A stretch of 64,000 nt of DNA from Fidelibacterota bacterium (GTDB taxonomy: Bacteria; Fidelibacterota; Marinisomatia; Marinisomatales; TCS56): NCBI GenBank assembly GCA_043822705.1, contig JBDRBK010000115.1:49993-113992 (forward strand), written 5' to 3'. Of this stretch, positions 57,055 through 64,000 are shown piece by piece. A program made the translations under genes and the position numbers. The notes under the pieces are model-generated. The model was not told where the DNA came from, did not search any database, and saw nothing but the letters and a program-made list of their open reading frames with translations. The stretch's first letter is position 1, and each line of letters opens with the position of its first letter.

Positions 57055-58366
57055 ACCGGTAATCGCCATCGTGGGTCGGCCCAATGTGGGCAAATCGACG
57101 CTCTTCAACCGGTTGCTGAACGAACGGCGGGCGATCGTCGATGCCCAGGAAGGCATCACCCGGGATCGTTCCTACGGCGAGGTGGAGTGGAGTAATCATT
57201 ACCTGACTTTCATCGATACCGGCGGTTACATACCGGAAGATTTGGATATTTTCAATGCCGCCGTCCGGCGGCAGGCCCAGGTGGCGATCGGCGAGGCCGA
57301 CCTGGTAGTGCTGATGGTCGACGGCCGGACGGCCCCGACATCCAGCGACCGGGCCCTGGCTCAGTTCGTTCGCGAAACCGGCAAGCCCAACCTGCTGGTC
57401 GTGAATAAATGCGACACGCTCGAGCAGGATGTTCAAATCGCCCAGTTTTATGAACTGGGGCTGGAAGAAATTCACCCGCTATCGGCACTCAGCGGGCGGC
57501 TTTCCGGCGACCTGCTGGATGCGATCCTGAAGAAACTTAACCTGCCGTTGAGCGGGACCGGCAAAAGTGACGACGACGAGCAGTTACGGCTGGCGATCGT
57601 CGGTATGCCCAACGTCGGCAAATCGTCCCTGGCCAACGCCCTGCTGCAGGAAGAAAAGACGATCGTGACGCCGATCGCCGGTACGACCCGCGACGCCATC
57701 GATTCCACTCTGAAATGGTATGGTAAAACGATTATCCTGACCGACACGGCCGGCCTGCGCAAAAAGGCCCGTGTGAAGGACAGCATCGAATATTACAGCA
57801 GCGTGCGAACCGAACGGGCCATAGCCAATTCCCATGTGGCGCTGGTTCTGATCGATGCCACCAAAGGCTTCAGCACCCACGACCGGGCGATCGTCAGCCA
57901 TGTGATCGAGCAGGGCCGGGGACTGATCCTGCTGGTCAATAAATGGGATCTGATGACCAAAGAAACCAACACAATGCGCGATTTTCAGGCCGAGATCGCC
58001 TACCAGTTCAAATCGCTGGAACATTATCCGCTGCTGTTCATTTCCGCCTTGACCCATCAGAGAATATCGAAAATTCTGACACTGGCGCAAAAAGTGCATG
58101 AAAGCTGGCGCCGGAAGGTGGGCACCCGCGAGCTGAATGAATTTCTGCAACAGGCCACCGATACCCTGCGGGTTCCGGCCGTCCATGGCAAGGTGATCAC
58201 CTTGAAATACATAACCCAGGTCACCATCGCACCACCACTTTTCGCCGTGTTCTGCAATTATCCCAAACTGGTCCCGGTGGCCTATCAGCGCTACCTGGAA
58301 AACCGCCTGCGGGAGAGTTTCGATCTGCAGGGCGTGCCGGTGAAATTGTCGTTCCGGAAGAAGTGA
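57047..58366 (+). CDS. der: Ribosome-biogenesis GTPase Der (EngA)
   Basis: Two G domains (GRPNVGKSTLFNRL and GMPNVGKSSLANAL) and a C-terminal KH-like domain. Confidence 0.95.
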   Translation: MAKPVIAIVGRPNVGKSTLFNRLLNERRAIVDAQEGITRDRSYGEVEWSNHYLTFIDTGGYIPEDLDIFNAAVRRQAQVAIGEADLVVLMVDGRTAPTSSDRALAQFVRETGKPNLLVVNKCDTLEQDVQIAQFYELGLEEIHPLSALSGRLSGDLLDAILKKLNLPLSGTGKSDDDEQLRLAIVGMPNVGKSSLANALLQEEKTIVTPIAGTTRDAIDSTLKWYGKTIILTDTAGLRKKARVKDSIEYYSSVRTERAIANSHVALVLIDATKGFSTHDRAIVSHVIEQGRGLILLVNKWDLMTKETNTMRDFQAEIAYQFKSLEHYPLLFISALTHQRISKILTLAQKVHESWRRKVGTRELNEFLQQATDTLRVPAVHGKVITLKYITQVTIAPPLFAVFCNYPKLVPVAYQRYLENRLRESFDLQGVPVKLSFRKK

Positions 58367-58433
58367 GCAAAGAGCAAAGAGATAGTGGATTGCCACAAAA
58401 TTTTTTACGCATAATACTTCTGATTTACACGGC

Positions 58434-59042
58434 ATGAGTAAAATACCGACCACCAGCGCCCGGATCACGTTCAAGGAAAAGCGTTCGGAATTCATCGGGA
58501 TTATCGTGCCCTGTGAAAGCCAGCAGGAATTCAGCGATGACTTGAAGCGGCTGAAAAAGGAATTTCACGACGCCAGCCATATCTGCTGGGCTTACCGGCT
58601 GCGGCTGTCGACGGGGCCGGAAGAGCTTTCGTCCGATGCCGGCGAGCCGACGGGAACGGCCGGCTTGCCGCTGCTGAACGCCCTGCGGTCGGCGGAAATC
58701 GAGAACGGGGTGGTGTTCGTGATCCGCTATTTCGGCGGCACCAAGCTGGGTAAACGGGGATTGATGGAAGCCTACGGCGGCGCCGCCGAACAGGTCATTG
58801 CCTCCGTGAAAAAGGCCGTATACGAACATAAAGAAATCTACTGGATCGAGTGTCCGCTGGAATTCTACGGCGAGGCGCATCAGGCCCTGATTGGGGCCGG
58901 GGGACGGATTCTGGTGGACCGGTCCACGGACCGGATTCTCTGGGATACGGAAATACCATCATCGGCGGTGAATGGATTGATAAGTGCTTTGCGGGACGGC
59001 ACGCGGGGGGCGGCGATTTTGAAAAGAGAGGAGCGAACCTAA
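58434..59042 (+). CDS. yigZ: YigZ/IMPACT-family protein
   Basis: KRSEFIG, ASHICWAY, DAGEPTGTAG and RYFGGTKLG motifs. Confidence 0.85.
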   Translation: MSKIPTTSARITFKEKRSEFIGIIVPCESQQEFSDDLKRLKKEFHDASHICWAYRLRLSTGPEELSSDAGEPTGTAGLPLLNALRSAEIENGVVFVIRYFGGTKLGKRGLMEAYGGAAEQVIASVKKAVYEHKEIYWIECPLEFYGEAHQALIGAGGRILVDRSTDRILWDTEIPSSAVNGLISALRDGTRGAAILKREERT

Positions 59043-59208
59043 CCAAACCAAGGAGGTTGTAGGATGAGTAGAGGGACGGTCCGCTCCTCTTCTGGTGCTT
59101 ACGAGAGCTACCGGTGAAAGTTCCCGCGATAGGGACGGATTAGAGCTGCCACGGCCGGTATCTCGGAAAATTGGTTGTTACGCAAATAATCGACAAGGAT
59201 TGAGTAGA

Positions 59209-60297
59209 ATGAAAAGCAGAATTATTATTATCGGTGTTTTCCTGACACTCCTGCTGCTGTCCGGCTGCGGGCGACCGGCGGAACCGTTGACGGTCGGGTT
59301 CTGGAACGTGGAAAACCTGTTCGACCTGGAGGACGACCCGGCGACGAACGATGAAGAATTTGCCGCCGGTGGCCGAAAGCAGGTTACGGTGGCGATCCTC
59401 AAACAGAAACTGGAGCACCTGTCCGAAGTACTTAGCGATCTGGATGCGGACGTGGTCGGACTGGTAGAAGTGGAGAACCGGGCGGTGCTGGAAATGCTGA
59501 ACCGGCAATTCCCCGGCCGCGATTATTCGATTGTGCATTACGATTCACCGGACGAGCGCGGCATCGACTGCGCCCTGCTGTACGATGCCCAACGCTTCCG
59601 GGTGCTGTCATCGGAGCCGATACCGGTGGATTTGGGAAGTGCCGGTCCCACCCGCGATATTCTGTATATTATCGGCAAATACGCCGGTAAAAAGCTGCAT
59701 CTGTTCGTCAACCACTGGCCGTCGCACTACGGCGGAACCGAAGCGACGATACCCCTGCGCGCCAAGGCCGCCCGCACCCTGCGGACCCGCGTGGACCAGA
59801 TTCTGGCAAAGGATCATACGGCTGAAATCCTGATTATGGGGGACCTGAACGATGGACCCACCGATCCTTCGGTCCATGCCCATCTGGGGGCGGTCCTGAA
59901 CAGACCTGATCCGACCGCCGGGACTACGCGCAAGGAACCCTGCAGCGAAGAACAAAGATTAGCCTGCGGCGGGTGCGACGGCGAAGGACACGGGTTGGAA
60001 TCGGAACGGGTTTTACTGTGGAACCTGATGGCACCATTCGAAGGCAAAGTCAACGGCACCACCTACAAGTACCGCGGCCGTGATGCCAACCTCGATCAGA
60101 TGATTGTCAGTCCCGGTTTGGCTGATGACCGGGGATTGCGGATCGTCGAAAATTCACTGGCGATCATGGATAAACCGAAATACCGCCAGCAGGGGGGTGA
60201 GTACCGGGGGTATCCATACCGTTTCTGGGCCGGCGACCGGCTGCTGGGCGGTTACTCCGATCATCTGGCGCTGCGGGTGCTGATCGAACGTCAATAA
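59209..60297 (+). CDS. Endonuclease/exonuclease/phosphatase (EEP) family lipoprotein
   Basis: Lipobox LLLSGC, then WNVENLFD, VGLVEVEN, NHWPS, GDLND and SDH motifs. Confidence 0.8.
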   Translation: MKSRIIIIGVFLTLLLLSGCGRPAEPLTVGFWNVENLFDLEDDPATNDEEFAAGGRKQVTVAILKQKLEHLSEVLSDLDADVVGLVEVENRAVLEMLNRQFPGRDYSIVHYDSPDERGIDCALLYDAQRFRVLSSEPIPVDLGSAGPTRDILYIIGKYAGKKLHLFVNHWPSHYGGTEATIPLRAKAARTLRTRVDQILAKDHTAEILIMGDLNDGPTDPSVHAHLGAVLNRPDPTAGTTRKEPCSEEQRLACGGCDGEGHGLESERVLLWNLMAPFEGKVNGTTYKYRGRDANLDQMIVSPGLADDRGLRIVENSLAIMDKPKYRQQGGEYRGYPYRFWAGDRLLGGYSDHLALRVLIERQ

Positions 60298-60353
60298 TCT
60301 GTAACCTGCCGGTCAAATTTGCCTCGAACTGTTATCAGCAAGGGAATGAGACG

Positions 60354-61193
60354 ATGATGCGAACAAATATTTTACTGGCAACCATAATTATCCTGGCGGG
60401 GTTGACGGCCCAGCCGGCAGCGACCGCTTGGGATAAGCAACTGGCGGGTAATCTGAACCTGACCCAGAACAGCTTTGATAACTGGACCGGCGGCGGCGAA
60501 GATGCCTGGAGCTGGCAGGTGGATGTGAATGGTTCCGCCCGCTATGAGAACGAAAACCTGAAAATGAACAACAGCGGTAAATTTTCCTACGGCAAGACCC
60601 GCGTTGGCGACTATTCCGCCCGTAAATCCGCCGACGAAATCCGGTTGGAGAGTGTATTGTCGCTTAAAAAAGGTGTTGCCGTCAATCCCTATGTTGCCGT
60701 CACCGGATTGACCCAGTATTCGGCGGGCTATTCCTATCCGGGCGATACGGCCAGGATTGAGGTGTCGAATTTTTTCGACCCGGCCTATTTCACCCAGAGC
60801 ATCGGCATCGGCTTCGCGCCGAATGAGATGTTGTCCACTCGTATGGGGGCCTCGCTGAAGGAAACGATCACCAGCGACCATCCTGTACCCTACGCCGATG
60901 ACCCGGAGACGGCTGCACCGGAAAATTTCAAGTTCGAGTTCGGTGCCGAGGTGGTGACGGATTACCGGCGGAATTTTAGTGAAAATCTTCAACTGCTTTC
61001 CAAACTGGAGTTATTCTCTAATCTGCGGGCCGTGGATCAGGTTGACGTCAATTGGGATACGACGATTACAGCCAAAGTAGCAAAATCTGTGAGCACCAAT
61101 TTCAATTTCCGCTTGTTTTACGACAGTGATGTATCCCCCCGCCGCCAACTGAAACAAACTCTGGCGCTGGGAATCTCCTACATTATCATCTGA
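60354..61193 (+). CDS. DUF3078-like outer-membrane beta-barrel protein
   Basis: Signal peptide and the NLTQNSFDNWTGGGEDAWSW signature. Confidence 0.7.
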   Translation: MMRTNILLATIIILAGLTAQPAATAWDKQLAGNLNLTQNSFDNWTGGGEDAWSWQVDVNGSARYENENLKMNNSGKFSYGKTRVGDYSARKSADEIRLESVLSLKKGVAVNPYVAVTGLTQYSAGYSYPGDTARIEVSNFFDPAYFTQSIGIGFAPNEMLSTRMGASLKETITSDHPVPYADDPETAAPENFKFEFGAEVVTDYRRNFSENLQLLSKLELFSNLRAVDQVDVNWDTTITAKVAKSVSTNFNFRLFYDSDVSPRRQLKQTLALGISYIII

Positions 61194-61215
61194 TTAGAAC
61201 GTCCGCCACCGGATT

Positions 61216-61244
61216 AGGCCCTGATTCATTTCGGGTCTTTTTTA
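61216..61244 (+). terminator. Possible intrinsic terminator
   Basis: AGGCCC-11 nt-GGGTCT followed by TTTTTTA. The stem is short and includes a G-U pair. Confidence 0.4.
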
Positions 61245-61311
61245 TTTACTGGCAGGGAATTTGTAACGGATCAGTCATGTCAGATCAACATCTACAGACA
61301 GCCCGTCCGGA

Positions 61312-62553
61312 ATGAAACGAAGAATCCGCTATCCGGAATATTTTGCCGATTTTGCCTGTGTCGGTGGTGCCTGTGAGGACTCCTGCTGCAATCAGTGGCG
61401 GATTTACCTGGACCAGGACACCTTTGAAAACTATAGCCGGATCGAAGAGACGGAGCTGCGCCGGCTCCTGGATGAATATGTGGAGTCGAACCGCTCCAGC
61501 CAAAGTGAAGCCCGCTACGGCACGATCCGTTTGACGGCCGACCGCCGCTGCCCGTTCCTGACGCCCGATTGTTTGTGTATTCTGCAGCAGCGCCGGGGAG
61601 TAGCGGCCCTGTCCCAGACCTGCCTGACTTACCCGCGGGTGTTCAACAGCGTGAACAATATTTTGGAGGGCGCTGCGGAAATTTCCTGCCCCGAAGCGGC
61701 CCGGCAGGTGCTGCTGAATCCTGCCGGTATCCGGCTTATTGAAGGTGAACTGGACCTTGATCAGCGCTTTGCCCTGAACAATGCCGTCAATTCGGTCGGA
61801 AGCGCGGCGCAATTCGCGCTGGCCCGGTATTTTCAGGAGGTCCGGGATTTTGCCATCGACCTGGTGCAGGACCGGCGGATTTCCCTATCGGACCGGCTTA
61901 CCCTGCTGGGTATGGTCAGCAGTAAAATACAGGCGTCGATTGACAGCGGGGAAGGGCCGGCGATTCCGGCCATACTGGAAGAATACGTGCAGTTGCGGCT
62001 CCAGCCGGGCTTATCCGATGAGCTGGCGCGGATACCGGTCAACGCTACCCGCCAGCTCACACTGCTGAAAGCGCTGCTTGATGAAAAAAATGCCCGCGGC
62101 ACCAATATCGCCGCCTTCCGGGAATGCCACGAGCAGTTCCTCGGCGGCTTGGGTTTCAATCGCGATCTGTCACCGGACCAAATCGTTGACTGCTACCATA
62201 CCAATTACGGCCGATATTTTGTTCCCTTTATGACGGAAAAAGAGTACATCCTGGAAAATTACTGCGTCAATTACCTGTTCCGTTACCAGTTCCCGATATT
62301 CGAGAAAAATGACTATCAGAATATCTTTAAGGCGGCTGTGCGGCTGCTGCTCAATTATGCCTTGTTGAAGCTGTACCTGATCGGTCTGGGCGGCTTTCAC
62401 GGCGGACTGACTGACGAACTGGCCGTCAAATGGACCTACAGTTTCGGCAAGGCGGTGGAGCATGACAGCGGTTTCATGACCGACATGATCGATTTTATGG
62501 AACACAACGGCCTCATGACACTGGCACATTTAACGGTGCTGATCCGGAATTAG
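61312..62553 (+). CDS. FliB-like lysine-N-methylase family protein (Cys-rich N-terminus)
   Basis: FACVGGACEDSCCNQWRIYLDQDTFENY resembles the flagellin lysine methylase family signature, from memory only. Confidence 0.55.
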   Translation: MKRRIRYPEYFADFACVGGACEDSCCNQWRIYLDQDTFENYSRIEETELRRLLDEYVESNRSSQSEARYGTIRLTADRRCPFLTPDCLCILQQRRGVAALSQTCLTYPRVFNSVNNILEGAAEISCPEAARQVLLNPAGIRLIEGELDLDQRFALNNAVNSVGSAAQFALARYFQEVRDFAIDLVQDRRISLSDRLTLLGMVSSKIQASIDSGEGPAIPAILEEYVQLRLQPGLSDELARIPVNATRQLTLLKALLDEKNARGTNIAAFRECHEQFLGGLGFNRDLSPDQIVDCYHTNYGRYFVPFMTEKEYILENYCVNYLFRYQFPIFEKNDYQNIFKAAVRLLLNYALLKLYLIGLGGFHGGLTDELAVKWTYSFGKAVEHDSGFMTDMIDFMEHNGLMTLAHLTVLIRN

Positions 62554-62705
62554 ATTGGGCCAGTAAGGAAAAAGTATCAATATGGCGCTGCAGTGGCAAT
62601 ACTGCGACCAAATATCAGTTATACTTATTTAGTACGTTTACTACTTGAATCCGGCATTTTTACTAATCGGAATCCTGTCTGAAATTCGTAATTTTTCGAA
62701 GATTG

Positions 62706-63647
62706 ATGCAGGAAAAAATTCCCATTCTGGTCATTGCCGGCCCCACAGGGGTCGGGAAAACCGCTGTGACGATCGCTTTAGCTCAGCGGATCGACGGCGA
62801 AATTATCGGTCTGGACTCCCGCCAGATCTACGCCGGGATGGCAATCGGTACGGCGCAACCGACAATGGCCGATCAGGCCGCCGTGCCGCACCACCTGATT
62901 GGCTTTCGCTCACCAGATCAGAAAATAACCGCCGGCGAATACGCCGAGCTGGTCCGGGCGGTGATCGAGGATATCCGCTGGCGGCGGCGGCAACCGCTGA
63001 TCTGCGGCGGGGCCGGGCTCTATTACCGGGCGATTAATCAGGGAATATTCAGTGCCAGCAATAGCGATCCGGTCGTACGTGAACGCCTGGAAGCTGAATA
63101 CGCAGCCGATCCGGATTCGTTATTTAAGCGTCTGCGGGAAGTGGATGCGGAATACGCCCTGAAAGTCCACGTAAATAACCGTAAACGCCTGGTCCGGGCG
63201 CTGGAAATCTATGAGTTCACCGGCCTGTCGCCCAGCGAACATTTCCGCCGGCAGCCCGAAAAGAAATATCCCTATGATTTATTCACCGTTTTATTGACCA
63301 GAACCAGCGAAGAACTGGAATCCCGCATCCGGTTGCGCACCGGACTGATGCTGAATAACGGTTGGATCAAAGAAACTAGGACGCTGCTGCGATACCGGGA
63401 AAAAGGGCATTTTCATGCCCTTGATTCAATCGGTTACCGGGAAATAATGGCGCACCTGGAGGGTAAGCTCAGCTATGATGAAATGGTGAGTCTGATCGTG
63501 CTGCGAACCCGCCAGTACGCCAAGCGGCAACTGACCTGGTTTCGCAAGGAAAATCCTGATTTAACGATCAATCTGACGAACAGTTTGTCGTCAGTTTCGG
63601 TAACGGAGGAAATACTGGAACAGTGGCTGCTGTTCCGTAGCGGATAG
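62706..63647 (+). CDS. miaA: tRNA dimethylallyltransferase
   Basis: ILVIAGPTGVGKT, LDSRQIYAGMAIGTAQP and RQYAKRQLTWFR. Confidence 0.93.
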   Translation: MQEKIPILVIAGPTGVGKTAVTIALAQRIDGEIIGLDSRQIYAGMAIGTAQPTMADQAAVPHHLIGFRSPDQKITAGEYAELVRAVIEDIRWRRRQPLICGGAGLYYRAINQGIFSASNSDPVVRERLEAEYAADPDSLFKRLREVDAEYALKVHVNNRKRLVRALEIYEFTGLSPSEHFRRQPEKKYPYDLFTVLLTRTSEELESRIRLRTGLMLNNGWIKETRTLLRYREKGHFHALDSIGYREIMAHLEGKLSYDEMVSLIVLRTRQYAKRQLTWFRKENPDLTINLTNSLSSVSVTEEILEQWLLFRSG

Positions 63648-63737
63648 TTCAAATAGCTGGCCGACCGGGGAATGTTTCCGACCGGCTTTATTGTTCTGCA
63701 TATTCAAGATAATTCCTTAAATTCGTCCGACAATTAA

Positions 63738-63831
63738 CCCTTTAATCCAATCCGGTGAGATGGAAAGGGCAGATACTGAGCCTCCGGTCAGTCCGACCTC
63801 TGCGGTCGGGATTCTGCCCGGAGGTTTTTTT
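63738..63831 (+). promoter_or_regulatory. pyrR leader: putative PyrR-binding hairpin followed by an intrinsic terminator (attenuator)
   Basis: The CCCTTTAATCCAATCCGGTGAGATGGAAAGGG hairpin (63738-63769) resembles the UCCAGAGAGG-type PyrR loop. A long CCTCCGG...CCGGAGG stem (63781-63824) with a T7 run follows, 18 nt before the pyrR ATG. Confidence 0.6.
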
Positions 63832-63848
63832 ATGCGAAAGGACCGAAA

Positions 63849-64000
63849 ATGACTATAGATCAACGGGTGGTAATGACCACCGCCGATATCAAACGTTCCC
63901 TGACCCGTCTGGCATTTGAAATTGTGGAAAGGAATCCACAGATTGAAAAACTGGTAATGGTGGGAATCCAATCCCGCGGGGAACCGCTTTCCCGGCGCCT
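63849..64000 (+). CDS. pyrR: Bifunctional pyr operon regulator/uracil phosphoribosyltransferase PyrR (N-terminal part; continues beyond the window)
   Basis: My own translation reads MTIDQRVVMTTADIKRSLTRLAFEIVERNPQIEKLVMVGIQSRGEPLSRR, a typical PyrR N-terminus. Confidence 0.85.
   Translation, partial: MTIDQRVVMTTADIKRSLTRLAFEIVERNPQIEKLVMVGIQSRGEPLSRR

Noticed and set aside
63717-63971. 84-aa minus-strand ORF at the window end
   Set aside because: It overlaps the pyrR leader hairpins and the pyrR N-terminus on the plus strand, which has an unmistakable PyrR translation.

Overview
High-GC bacterial chromosomal segment. Gene content such as DUF3078, a DUF4837-like lipoprotein and Omp85-type OMPs suggests an uncultured FCB-superphylum-like Gram-negative, but this is inference only. 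All calls come from reading the sequence and translations by eye; no homology search, GC calculation or RNA folding was run. The left half (about 3.6-28 kb) is a large anaerobic purine/urate catabolism cluster. It resembles the E. coli ygeW-ygeY-ssnA-ygfK-ygfM-xdhD locus and carries the selenium-dependent molybdenum-hydroxylase accessory genes yqeC and mocA. It also holds adenine and 8-oxoguanine-type deaminases and two paralogous sets of XDH-family subunits. A RAYT-type (IS200-like) transposase flanked by multi-hairpin repeats interrupts the cluster. At 27.9-30.6 kb the composition drops abruptly to AT-rich DNA. This small island carries a membrane-anchored HEPN-like protein plus a DUF4238 protein, which I rate as the best candidate for a novel defence-type module. 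The island is bounded by a synonymous-only relic of the XDH gene 3' end, short GC-rich motifs, and a palindrome-headed 22-bp tandem array. That array has a sister 21-bp array at 0.5-1.0 kb. The right half is mostly housekeeping: lepA, lgt, rnr, accA, yhhQ, der, miaA, a pyrR leader, and envelope/glycosyltransferase genes. Notable extras there are a thioredoxin-fold lipoprotein with an in-frame UGA in its redox motif (probable selenocysteine). There is also an IS1595-family insertion with a perfect 8-bp target duplication splitting an OMP gene, a likely frameshift at a (CCGG)3 run, and a GT2 fused to a degenerate phosphoglycosyl-transferase domain.
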